From assembly GCF_009914755.1 (NCBI RefSeq), contig NC_060935.1: a DNA stretch of 64,000 nucleotides, one strand, 5' to 3'. The DNA is from the human T2T-CHM13v2.0 reference genome, Homo sapiens. The number at the start of each line of letters is the position of its first letter. Within the stretch, counting starts at the first letter, position 1. Of the stretch, positions 25,861 to 43,589 are shown piece by piece. The translations under genes and the position numbers were made by a program. The notes under the pieces were generated by a model. That model made no database searches. It saw nothing but the letters and a program-made list of their open reading frames with translations, and was not told where the DNA came from.

Positions 25861-26574
25861 GCCATCCAACTTTATCCAAGACTAGCTTTCCAGAGAAAGA
25901 GCATTATTCTGCTACACCAGTGAAGATGATTTCAAAATTCATTAAAACCAATAATTTAACTTCAAAAATACTTAGTTTATTGCTTTTAATGCAAAGGTTA
26001 ACTATTTCTTTCAGAGCTTTTCTAGAATCCTCCAGAACCATCATAGCTGAAACATACACAGGACACTGCACTCACTGGTAGGAGCTATGGGTGTTGGCTT
26101 ATTGAAGGTACCAAAATACATCGAAGGTACTGAAATGTACCATGTGTGGTGAGATAGGGGGTCAGCTGCCCAAAGTCCTTGGTTCACCTTTGTTTGGATA
26201 TAGGTTATTGAACTTATTGTATTTATCGATAGCTGAAACATTTATTGGCCACATTGGGTGTATAAAGGGCCTTGACCTAGGTGAAAGGATATAATCCCTA
26301 TATTGAAAGTATTATGCTCTAGGAAATAGGGCTAGAAAGAGAAAGCATAGGAGGAGAACACAAGGATGGTAAGCAGGGAGGAGGACTGTGCTGAATGGGG
26401 GCTGAATATGGCTAGTTAGGACACATCAGATCATTAGGCTGCTGCGCTGTTACATAGGGCTCTTTGGGAGTCTTAGAAGGGTGGCATGTTAGAACATGCA
26501 GGATATTATCTGGTTTTGAAGGCAAACAGGTAGATCAAATAAAGGGGTTTATTTCTATTATTGAGGTTATATAA

Positions 26575-26684
26575 AACCTTGCCACTCAGAGTGTGATCCA
26601 CAGCAGCATTAGTATCACCTGGGAGCTAATTAGTCATGCAGGATTTTAGGCCCCACTCCAGAGACACTGACTCTCATTATAAAA
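26575..26684 (+). mobile_element. MER5A1-like element, left half (right half at ~30970-31013), split by an L1
   Basis: CAGCAGCATTAGTATCACCTGGGAGCT...GCCCCACTCCAGA on the left; AAGATGCCCAAGTGA...TTGATAAACACTG on the right of the L1 tail. Confidence 0.65.
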
Positions 26685-30974
<4,290 letters not shown>

Positions 30975-31278
30975 GATGCCCAAGTGACCGCACATCCTGC
31001 TTGATAAACACTGCCATAAAGAATACAAAAAGCATAAAAAAGGAGTATCTTCCTTAAGGAGACAAGGCAATGGAGCTATTGGAAACGTAATATTTCTGTG
31101 AACCAGTTTTATAACAATGGAAGGAACAAGTCTCTGCCTCTAGCCTCTATGCTTCTAAAACCAAGGTTATTTGATGCCTTTTGGAAGACTTTCCTTTATC
31201 CAGGGCTCTTGGTTCCAACCCTTACTCAAGATAGGAGCTCTCATCAACATACTGTGACTCAGTATCAATGCACACCTG

Positions 31279-31382
31279 CCTTTATCTACATGTGCACATG
31301 TACACCTTTATCTACATGTGCACATGTACACCTTTATCTACATGTGCACATGTACACCTTTATCTACATGTGCACATGTACA
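31279..31382. repeat. Minisatellite: 4 perfect copies of 26-bp CCTTTATCTACATGTGCACATGTACA
   Basis: Units at 31279, 31305, 31331 and 31357; each contains the palindrome TACATGTGCACATGTA. Confidence 0.97.
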
Positions 31383-31576
31383 GTCTATATCCAGACCTCT
31401 TTCATGGTCTGGCTGGGCTTCTGCCTTGTTTCCTTGCACCTCAATCTTAGTCATAATAAATGGGCCATCTCTTGTCAGTCTTACCATTGCCAATTGCTCC
31501 ACCAAAGACTGAAGTTTGTGATGATTCTAATACTGAGTCTTCTTTCCTGTTCAGAGATCTCTGAGATACTTCCTAG

Positions 31577-31973
<397 letters not shown>

Positions 31974-32392
31974 CCACCTTGCTTTTATTATGACCTATTG
32001 TTCCCTTAACCTTCATTACTATGTCTTACTCTCAGCACTTAATATAATTTTACTTTAAAGAAATGATGGAAGAAGAGTTTCTTTCCAGAATGGCTTAGTC
32101 AAACCTTACCAGACTGAACTTTAGTTTACATCTATAAACTCTGGACAAAAGACAAAAGCAGCTACCCTGAAGGCTCAGGATACTGAACAAGAGCAGGCAA
32201 ATTTTGGAGTAAGGACAAAAAAACGCTATAACAGGTGAATTTTCTGTTTTGACAGTTTTCAGCATGAGGGCAGACTGTAGCCAGCAGTGCTTGAGCATCA
32301 AAATTCTGATAGAAAGCCCACAAATTTTCTGGCATGAAGAACCAGACAACAGAGTTCAGAGGACTCATGGTTGCTGAAAAACTGAGAGAAGA

Positions 32393-32701
<309 letters not shown>

Positions 32702-32879
32702 GTGAAAAAGAGTACTGGAAAGGAGAATGTGAGAGAGGTGAAGCTTTTGATTCTTTGTGAGAACTCTTTTCAAATCACAGACTGACCCTGGAACCACTCA
32801 TTCACAGAGCAAACTCAAAGCACCCTACTAAGGATAAAGAGACTTAGCTGAGATTTGAACTGCCACCCTGAGACAGAGT

Positions 32880-34050
32880 TTTCTATTTGAGTCCAACCAA
32901 TTTAATTGCATTCCAAAACAAAAAATAGCAACACTTTTGAGAGAAATATAATAGAATCCATGGTCTTCACAGCATAGCAGTCACAATGACTGGGATATAA
33001 TCCAAAATTACTTGACATTTGAGGGACTAGAAAAGTTGATTCATTCCCCAAAGAAAACACAATAAGCAGAGGACATACTCAAGGTGACTTAGATGTTGAC
33101 AATAGCAGATAGGGACTTTAAAGAAGCTGTTACAGTTATGCTGAATGAGGTAAAGAAAAACATGCTCAGACGTATGTAGAAACTATAAAGTATAGAAGAG
33201 GGCAAAATAGAAAATCTTGAACTAAGATGAGAAATATATAAAATTTTAAAATTACAAGACAGGCTTAACATCTGAATAAAAGTGATAGGTGAAAGAGGCA
33301 GTGAACTTGAAAATAGATCAATACAAATGATCCAATCTGAAAAACAGAGAGAAAAATATTATAAAAGAAAAACAAAACAAAACAGAACAACAAAAAGCAC
33401 TTAACAAAGCCCAGGGCCCCATGGGATAACATAGAAAAAACAAACATATATGTAATTAGAGTCTCAGAAGAAGAGGGAAGAGATAATGGGGAAGAAAAAT
33501 GTTTTAAATAATAAGAGCTGAAAATAACTTGTTTGGTGAATCATAAATTTACAGATACAAGAAGCTCAGTTAACTCTAAGGAAGAACCACAAGAAGTCAA
33601 TGCAAAGTCAAACTTCTGAAAACTGAAGATAAAGAGAAAATAATTGCTTATTTCTGTCTTAGACTTACCTTTTACTTCTTGCATTTTAAAGGGCTTTTAT
33701 TAGGTACATAGACATTTATTATTGTTTTATATGCCTTTTCAAATTATAAAATGTGTCTCTTTATCTCTAGTAATACTCTCTCAAAATCTATTTTGTCTAA
33801 TATTAATCTAGCTATGCCAGTCTTTTTATGCTTATGGTTTGCATTTTACATGTTTTTCTATCCTCTTATTTTCAACCTATACCTTAATGTTCAAAGTGTA
33901 TTTGAACTTAGACAGTTCAAAGCTGTCTAAGTGTAGACAGCACATAGTTGGATCTTGCTTATTTTAATCTTATCTAGCGGACTCCTCCCTTTAGTTACAG
34001 CTTTTATTCCATTAAGTTAATGTAATTATTGGTATAATTGGGGCTGAGAA
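32880..34050. mobile_element. Old L1M relics: ORF1 region on + (~32880-33645) abutting an ORF2-start region on - (~33680-34050)
   Basis: A-rich ORF1-like motifs followed by T-rich reverse-complement EN-like motifs. Confidence 0.55.
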
Positions 34051-34302
34051 GAGGATATAGATGTCCAGTTTCTCCTTATTGAGATTTTCAACTTTAAAAA
34101 AATTTTTTTTTGCCCAATTCTGCATCTCTGTCATCTGAAGAACCCAAGTGTTAATTTTCTGTTTTTCTGGGGTCCTTTAGTAGGAATTGACTTGCATTTT
34201 ATCAAAATCTCTTTTGGCGGGTTTAGGTATTAGTTTCTTCATTATGGTAAATTAGCTTTTCTTATTCTATCTGCTTTCCTTTTTCCAAATAAGTGTTAAC
34301 AT

Positions 34303-34560
34303 TTTGTTCAACAAATATTTATTACATGCCTCCTCTACATCAGGCATTGTATTAGATTTTAAATCCAGCAGAAATAAAGTTCCTGAGCACCTGAAGCTTA
34401 AATTATAATGAGGGAGACAGAAAACAAAGCCATTAAAATATGATATGGTTTATGGTATGTTAAGTAGGATAGAAATAAGTAGGGTAATCAAGGTAGGGAG
34501 TGGAGATTTGGGCTGTCGCTTTATACAGGGTAGACAGGCAGGTCTCTGATAAGGTGTTCT
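34303..34560 (-). mobile_element. L2 3' end
   Basis: TTGTTCAACAAATATTTATT...CAGGCATTGTATTAG. Confidence 0.65.
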
Positions 34561-36048
34561 TTCTCATCTGCCATTTTTTCCTGTTTGCTTTAACATTTGG
34601 AATTTTTAATTTTTGAAAAATTCTTCATAGTAATTTTAATGAGATTTGAGGAGAAGAACAAAGATAAATACATGTGTTTAATCCACTAAGACTAAAGGAA
34701 ATGATAATTGCACTTTCTAGCACAGTTGTTAATCTCCTTGTTCTTCTACAGGTCTGTTCAGCTAAATAGACAAAAAATTTAGATATTTCTAACCAGACTC
34801 AGTTTCAAGCCAGATCCCATAGTTCAGGGTTTCTCTAATCCTGAGTTCTTTGCCATAGGCAACCAAATTCAATTGCCAGATATTACTCTAAAAGCACACA
34901 ATACATTCTTCAAATATAATTTATTTAACATTTTGAAATCAGTGTTTCTATAATACCATCAAGCTCTTCATATTTTCTTAATCTTGAAAATAATTCTATA
35001 TGGAACACTGGTATACAGTCCGCCCAGCATTGTTATCTAGCCTATCTAAATGCAAAAAAAAAAAGTCAAGATTCTATTGTGGAGTTTAAGGTTTTTTTCC
35101 CTCCAAGTATTTAGCATTTAAATTTCTGGGATGAATGGCTTACTCCTATTGCCTTCTCACTATAGGCCTCCTATGGAAAATGAATTCTGTTGTATGTTCA
35201 GCAAACACTCATAATTTTTAGCTCTTTCCTGAGGGGCAGTAAGTTACCATGAAGAGGGCACATTAAGATGATATATAAATCAATGGCATCGTTATAAATA
35301 GGACAGTAATGAGATGTCAGGCTTTAATAGCCTGAAGAGCATGTAATATGAAAGTTAACAGCAGGAGAGCAATGAAATCTTATATCTGCTTCTTATTCTG
35401 AAGAAAAATAAGAAAATTACATGTTAAAGCTGCAGCTTCGAAGAATTCTAATAGCATTTCTCTTTGTGGTAAAACATATCTTTTTTGGAAATTATCTTTA
35501 AAGTAACAGGACACTACACCATAGGCTTTGGTTATTGATGGTGAAATATGTGCATTTTACTGCGGTGAGTGCCAGGCTTAATGCCAGTTGATAATTTGCT
35601 CATTTTCTTAAAAAATACTTATTCCATGCCTCCTTTCACTGGCCCTGTTGGAGTATTGGGGAAAAATTTAAAACATTTTTTCCTCTTCTTTTTTTTTTAG
35701 CTTATACCTAAAGGGAAGAGAAATGAATTGATCATTACAAGACACTATGATAGATGGTACAAGTAGAGGTACTCAGTCCCAGGAAAGCCTAACCTTTTCT
35801 TTAGAAGTCAGGCAATGATTCCATGGAAGAAAGCATTGTTGAGTTTCTAGAGAAGTGAGCGCATAATGCATTGATTGAAGGCATTCTAGAAGCACTAAAG
35901 TTCCACAATGGCAGAGACTGAGTCTGTTCATCCTTCATCGCTCCATCCTCATCACCTAGCACAACACCTATTCACTGTGGACCGTTAATAAATTTTTGTA
36001 GAAGGAAGAAAGAACATGGGTCAAAATAGGTCTTTAATACACTGTCAA

Positions 36049-36050
<2 letters not shown>

Positions 36051-36092
<42 letters not shown>
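36051..36092. repeat. (TG)21 microsatellite
   Basis: Counted directly. Confidence 0.97.
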
Positions 36093-36095
<3 letters not shown>

Positions 36096-36535
36096 GTAAC
36101 ATCCTCAAAGTTACTTGGAACTGTTTTTTCAATGGCAATAACTGATTAATGCTCCATACACAGTTGGTTGCCTAAATAATGAATTTAAAAGTGATTGCTA
36201 ACCAATTTGATTATAAAATAGGTGATCATTTTTATTTTTCAGATGACTAAGTAGGGCTTTCACTCTTGCTTTCCCTATTGTTTATTGCCCATGTAGCAGA
36301 GTAAGCTTTTTAAAGAATAGAATAAAATACAGATAAAATGTAGAAAAAAATTAAATTATGTATTCACCAAAAAATCTATTGAGAGTCTATTATGTGCCAG
36401 GCTCTATGAAAAGTCTTAGAGATAGAAAGATAAAAAGACAGTCTCTATGTTCAAGGAGTTTATGGCCTATGAGGAAGGCAGATGCTGAAACAGACAATTT
36501 GCATGTGACCTAGGTATTATTATTAAAATATGTGT

Positions 36536-37036
36536 AAATTATTCTACCATAAAGACACATGCAACTGAATGTTCATTGCAGCACTCTTTATAATAGCAAA
36601 GACATGGAATCTATCCAAGTACTCATTAATGACAGATTGGATAAAGAAAATGTGGTACATATACACCATGGAATACTATGCAGCCATATAAAAGAACAAG
36701 ATCATGCCTTTGCAGGAACATGGAGCTGGAGGCCACCATACTTAGCAAACTAATGCAAGAACAGAAAACCAAATACTGCATGTTCTCACTTGTAGGTGGG
36801 AGCTAAATGATGAGAACTTATGAACACAAAGAAGGAAACAACAGACATGGGGTTCTACTTGAGTGTGGAGCGTGGGATGAGGGAGAGAAGCAGCAAAGAT
36901 AACTTTTGGGTACTGAGCTTAATACCTGGGTGAGGAGATAATCTGTACAACAAACCCTCATAACACGAGTTTACCTATGTAACAAACCTTCACATGTACC
37001 CTTGAACCTAAAAGTTAAAAACAAAATAAAATAAAA
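36536..37036 (+). mobile_element. L1PA15/16-like 3' end inserted in an L2 (L2 at ~36360-36535, resuming after 37046)
   Basis: Old L1PA 3'UTR; TSD TAAAAT(A/G)TGTGTAAA at 36524-36538 and 37032-37046. Confidence 0.85.
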
Positions 37037-39247
37037 TGTGTGTAAAATGCTAGAGAGTGTATGGGATGAAGGTGGAATTGGTTATCAAGGAATATATTGC
37101 AGACAAAGTGATACCTTGGTTGAATATTATAAGGTAAATAAGGGATAGGTAATGAAGAAGAAGGATATTTCTTATGAATGATTGGAGACAACAGATGACG
37201 ACATGTATTGGTAAAGAAAAGTTAAAGCGTTAGCATGCAAGGTATAGGCAAGGAGAGGAGGTTAAAAAGAGATGGTAGAAACTGGGCTAGAGAGATACGT
37301 GGAGTCCAATTATAAAGAACCCTGACATGGAAAAAAGTTAACTTTTTGTACTAGGGAGAATTTTAAGGTTCTGGGAAGGGGAGTAACATGGTCAGATTTG
37401 GATGTTAGCAGTATATTATTGGCTGCATAGGAAATCATGCCCACAGGCAGGGAGATGACCTAAAAGGTTGCTACAGTCCTCCATGTGATGCAAGATGATG
37501 GTCTGAAGGAGACATATGGGCTGAGTGAAGGGATGTTTTTGAAGTTACGTATCAAGAAGAGTGGGACAGGTTGTAGAGAGGAGGGAGAGAGAAAATAACT
37601 GCTGGAGTGAGGTCCCAAAGAGTCAGAAGTGAAGTAAAGGGTCTTCTTTCTCATGGAGTTCTGAGACAAATTTGTCAGCTGTCTGTGAATACTGATAATG
37701 AAATGAAAAGCTCATTTTCGTACAGTTTTTCCTGCAAATAAATTTTACGCTATCTCTCCCACTGCCATTCTGACACAATTATAGTATTCCTGTGGGATCT
37801 ATGTTTTATTCTTTTTTATATACTCATACCTGGTATAGTAAATGAAGCATAGTAGGTAACAAACAAATATGCTTCCTTTATTGCAACTCGGCATGGAGTC
37901 AGTATCTCATGTGGATCCAGTGTGTGAGTAAATGTATTTAAGACTCCATGAATGATTGCAATAGCCATTAAGATTAGCTACAGACATAGCTTTTCTTGAG
38001 GCACAATTGCATGCAAGTACCAGAAGAAAGGAAACACCCTTTTGTATTCTTTTATGTTGGTTTTCTACTTTACAGAACTTTGGAGAAAGGATAAGTAGGG
38101 GGAAGTCTTCTTTGTTGATTTGCAGCTGATCTTGAACTCAGGAATGTGTATGGGATTAATGATAAAAATTTTCTCTATGGGATATGTGTATTATGTTTCC
38201 AGCACTTTCTAGCATGTCTGGAGGGCAGAATATCCTCTGCTGGGATGGAAATATAGCAGAGTTGCTCGTGTATATGGAAAGAATTCTTTAGAAAGTCAAA
38301 TTTAAAGGACTCCTGATAGCATTTTCGATCTCCCAGAACCACTAACCAAAAGGCAGAGCTACAACTTAATGCTTTTCATGGGATTCAATTGAACTAAAGA
38401 AAATGTGCATATATATTGAGCACTTACTATGTGCAAGGCACTGCACTCAATACTATTGTGTTTTTGAGAATTTTTTTTTAAAGTCACCACCTCCAGAAGG
38501 ATAATTTATGAGATAAGCCATTTGGCAGAATAATAAAAACTCATACCTTTATTCAAGCTCTGGACCAAGGCACAAAGCTTGCTCAGTAGAGCCAGCATTC
38601 ACTTTCAACCCTGACTTACCATTTTCATCAGATACATTTGTGTGCTGCACAAAGTGTATAAGCTTTGTGTAGCAGCTCTGACTGTTTTGGGAACGCAGAA
38701 TGCAAAACTGAAGGAAACCAGTCCCTGATATCCAAGTACTGACATCCTAGTAGGGAGGAACATACACAGACAAACATCCAAGTGACTCTAACATAAGGCA
38801 CAGAAGAATAGTGTCCTAATGAGGCCCACACACAGTTCTATAGATATCCCTAAAACAATAGGAAATCAAACAAACATTTATTCCCATAGCAGCATGATAC
38901 TCTGAGGAGGCTGTCACAGGATTTATACAGCCCACCAGCAAATATAGACATCTGACAATGGAGTGGAACCATCTGTGAAAATATGAGCAGCCTCATGACA
39001 TGCAAATACTTAGATAATATTTTAATTAGAGTTTCATGGCTTTAGAAGTACAGAGCTAAAAATACATTCTGTGGGGAGAGTATGAAGACATTATTACATG
39101 CTGTAGTAAGTGTTGGCTGAGATTGTGAACAAAGAAGTACAGAAAGATTAAAACTAGTTATAGGGATTAGAAATTATTTTCCAAAAAATAATGCTTCATA
39201 CATTGCATAGTGAGCTATACAATATATACTAACCCCCAGAGATAGTA

Positions 39248-39824
39248 CAGGTCCTTCGATAATGTTTTGTTGTAATGTTGATGAGAAAAAATTGATTTTT
39301 TTTTAATGGAGTTTTCACATTTTCCCCATGTCTGTGTAGGTTTTCTCTGGGTACTCTGGTCTCTTCCCATATCTCAAAAATGTGTACGTTAGGTTAATTG
39401 GCATCTCTAAATTGTCACAGCCTGAGTGAGTGTGGGTGTATGTGTGTAAGTGTGTCCTGTGGTAGAATGACATCCTGTCCATGGTTGGTTCCCCACTTGT
39501 ACCCTGAGCTGCCAGGATAGGCTCTAGCCACCTGCAACCCTGAACTGGAATAACTGGGTAAATAATTATCTCATTTGTTTTTATTAATCTTTCTTAAATG
39601 TATAAGTAGCTCTTTTTTATTTCAATGTTTAATATTAGAAGTGTTTTGATGCTTACTTAGAAGTTTGATGATGTTTTTGTAACCAGAAATATACCTTAGA
39701 AATTAACTCTTGTTTATAGCAATTAGACTATGATAAAAATTGATTTTGTCGATTTTGTTCTATATTATTTCACTTCGAGTTGGAGTTTCCAAGAAGCTAT
39801 CGATGATGTTGTTAGGACTTGTTG
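39248..39824 (-). mobile_element. MER6A-like TcMar-Tigger DNA transposon
   Basis: Reverse complement of MER6A motifs (CCCTGAACTGGAATAA, TTCAATGTTTAATATTAGAAGTGTTTTG, TTTCCAAGAA); TA flanks at 39246 and 39825. Confidence 0.8.
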
Positions 39825-40039
39825 TAAAGCTTACATATAAATATGTCAAGAAAAAAGATCTGTAAATAAATATCTAAAATAGACAGTTTCAAGGACATAA
39901 GAATGTCATAGCATTTGTAGTTAATGTCAAAGGTAGCCCTCATTACCTCGTATGATATAATATCTGACGTTTAAATTTGAGATAGAATATGGGGATGGAT
40001 GGTTATAGATCTCTCCTGGGAAGCATATCTTTGGTTCTA

Positions 40040-43000
40040 AGATTGATTTTATTGATAGAAAATACCACAAACCATCATTCTCATTCTAACAACTAAAACA
40101 ATTTTAATAAGCTAAAAATAAGTCTTTATTTTTAATTCATCAAAGAGCTGCAGATATGATATAAAACAAAACCTAAATTAACAAGCTTCTAGAAAATGAC
40201 AAGTCTTTCATAAAACAGAAGATCCATGGTTAGTCTCATCCCAGATGAAATAATATGAGGAGTAAGCTGCCACTGATTTTTTTAAAATGAGAAATTAGCT
40301 GAAACTTTAAGAAACTCAAGAACATGTAGACAGGCATGAAAGATTATAATTCTAAGGAGCCCCAGCCACTGAGTGAACTTGTACCCACCTTCCAACTCTC
40401 TCTCAGGGATTCACATAGGTCTCTGGGGTAGTATACTACAGGCTGGAAACAGAACAGTAGAACTGAAAGAGACACCCTCTGAAGCACATGGGGATTTACT
40501 TCAAATGCAAGCTATCCACTCTTAATAAGAAGGAAAGGGCATACAACATGAGAGAAATCCATCTGAGGCCCTTGAGGAATTTAGCTACCAAAGGCCTGGG
40601 GAAAGGGCAAGAGAGCTGAGAGAACTGCCTTTGAGTCATTTAAAGACCTTTATCAAATGCAAGGTGGCTGTGCTCTGAAGACTGGGTACAGACCAGTAGG
40701 GAAGAGGGAGATTCACAAGGTACAGAAAGTTACCAGTCACAGGTACCAGAGAGCAATTAGAATTCTCTAGTTACTTAATAACCTGACAGTGAACTATAAT
40801 GCAGAAAAAGTGATCTCCTATGGTTAACAAAGCTGGTGGCTCAACTGTAAATCATAATGAGAACTCCAGAAAGTCATCAGTCTCATATCAATAAATGGCC
40901 CATGGAAAAGAAAGAAAACAATGAATAAAAGCAGAACGAGAGCTGATACAGAAGTTGCATTATCCAACAGAATATAAAATAACAATAATTGTTTTTACTC
41001 CTTAATGTGATAAGCAAATTCAGCAAAGTCTCAGGATACAAAATCAATGTGCAAAAATCACAAGCATTCCTATACACCAATAATAGACAAACAGAGAGCC
41101 AAATCATGAGTGAACTCCCATTCACAATTGCTACAAAGAGAATAAAATACCTAGGATTCCAACTTACAAGGGATGTGAAGGATCTCTTCAAGGAGAACTA
41201 TAAACCACTGCTCAAGGAAATAAGAGAGGACACAAACAAATGGGAAAACATTCCATGCTCATGGATAGGAAAAATCAATATCATAAAAATGGCCATACTG
41301 CCTAAAGTAATTTAGAGATTCAATGCTATCCCTATCAAGCTAGCATTGACTTTATTCACAGAATTAGAAAAATCTACTTTAAATTTCATATGGAACCAAA
41401 AAAAAAAAAAAGCCGGTATAGCCAAGACAATCCTAAGCAAAAAGAATAAAGCTAGAGGCATCACCCTGCTTGACTTCAAACTGTATTACAAGGCTACAGT
41501 AACCAAAACATCATGGTACTGGTACCAAAACAGATATATAGACCAATGGAACAGAACAGAGTCCTCAGAAATAACATCACACATCTACAACCAACTGATC
41601 TTTGACTAACCTGACAAAAAACAAGAAATAGGGAAAGGATTCCCTATTTAATAAATGGTGTTGGGAACACTGGCTAGTCATATGCAGAAAACTGAAACTG
41701 GACCCCTTCCTTACACCTTACACAAAAATTAACTCAAGATGGATTAAAGACTTAAAAGTAAAACCTAAAACCGTAAAAACCCTAGAAGAAGACCTAGGCA
41801 ATACCATTCAGGACATAGGCATGGGCAAATGACTAAAACACTTTGACTAAAATACCAAAAGCAATGGCAATAAAAGTCAAAATTGACAAATGGAATCTAA
41901 TTAAACTAAAGACCTCCTGCACAGCAAAAGAAACTATCATCAGAGTGAACAGGCAACCTACGGAATGGGAGAAAAATTTTGCAATCTATCCATCTGACAA
42001 AGGGCTAATATCCAGAATCTACAAATAACTTAAACAAATTTACAAGAAAAAAAGAAACCCGATCAAAAAGTAGTCAAAGGAAATAAACAGAAAGTTTTCA
42101 AAAGAAGACATTTATGCAGCCAAAAAACATGTGTAACAAAGCTCATCATCATTGATCATTAGAGAAATGCAAATCAAAACCACAATGAGATACCATCTCA
42201 TGCCAGTTAGAATGGCGAATATTAAAAAGTCAGGAAACAACAGATGCTGGAGAGGATGTGGAGAAATAGGAACGCTTTTACACTGTTGGTGGGAGTGTAA
42301 ATTAGTCCGACCATTGTGGAAGACAATGTGGTGATTCCTCAAGGATTTAGAACCAGAAATACCATTTGACCCAGCAATCCCATTACTGAGTATATACCCA
42401 AAGGAATATAAATCATTCTACTACAAAGACACATGCACACGTATGTTTACTGTGGCACTGTTTACTATAGCAAAGATTTGGAACCAACCCAAATGCCCAT
42501 CAATGATAGACTGGATAAAGAAAATGTGGCATATATACACCATGGAATACTATGCAGCCATAAAAAAGGATGAGTTCATATCCTTTGCAGGGACATGGAT
42601 GAAGCTAGAAACCATCATTTTCAGAAAACTAACAGTTGAAAAGAAAACCAAACACCACATGTTCTCATTCATAGGTGGGAACTGAACAATAAGAAAACAT
42701 GGAGACAGGGAGGGGAACATCACATACTGGGGCCTGTTGAGGGGTCAGGGGCTAGGGGAAGGATAACATTGGGAGAAATACCTAATGTAGATGACAGGTT
42801 GATAGATGCAGCAAACCACCATGGCATGTGTATACCTATGTAACAAAATGGCACATTCTGCACATGTATTCCAGAACTTAAAGTATAATAAATTTTTTTA
42901 AAAAGTATGATTGTTTTTAATGCTAATGAATCTTATGAAAATGGTGAACAAAATGTGTTAACCAATGATAAATTCTGGCAGAGACATGGAAACTATAAAA

Positions 43001-43530
43001 AATCAAATGAAAATGATAGAAACAAAAAATAAAGTAACATAAGTGAAAAGTGAATCAAATGGACCTAAGACCAGGCTAGATACAAAGGAAACAATTAGTG
43101 AACTTCAAATTGATCAAAGAAAATACCTAAAATGAAACACAAATATAGCAAAAAAGAGTTAAAAAATAAAAGAGAGTGCCCGATTTTGTGGAATAATATT
43201 TTAAAAGTCAGATCTGCATGTAATTGGGGTTCCTGAAAGGGCATACAGAGAAAATATTTGAAAAAATAATGACCCAAACTTTTGAATATAGATATCAAAT
43301 CAAAGATGCAAATGCAGCGATCCCAAGGAGGACAAATATAAAGAAATCTACACAGAGGCCCGTCACATTCACATCACTAAAACAAGGGGGAGAAAGCAAA
43401 CTTTTAAAAAACCAGAGAAAATAAAACACACTATAAACACAAGAAAAATAACATGAATTAAAAATTACTTTTCATCAGAAACAATGGCCACAAAGCAATG
43501 AAATGACATCTCTAAAGTGCTGAGAAAAAA
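40040..43530 (+). mobile_element. Old L1M 5'/ORF1 relic, host of the L1PA at 40997-42904
   Basis: ORF1-like A-rich motifs resume after the inserted L1PA. Confidence 0.5.
40997..42904 (+). mobile_element. L1PA7/8-like, 5'-truncated, 1.9 kb
   Basis: ORF2 fragments in the ORF track; TSD AT(A/G)ATTGTTTTTA at 40985-40997 and 42907-42919. Confidence 0.92.
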
Positions 43531-43589
43531 TTATACTCTCAAGATAAATTCTGTCACTGGAAAAAAAATTTGTGAAGATGGTTCAAATC

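Noticed and set aside
26043-26241. 13-bp direct repeat ATAGCTGAAACAT as the TSD of a 173-bp insert
   Set aside because: No poly-A or recognisable element between the copies; a match of this length is plausible by chance in 64 kb.
31279-31382. CRISPR-like array (regularly spaced palindromes)
   Set aside because: The intervening 10-bp segments are identical rather than unique spacers, there are no cas genes and the DNA is human; it is a minisatellite.
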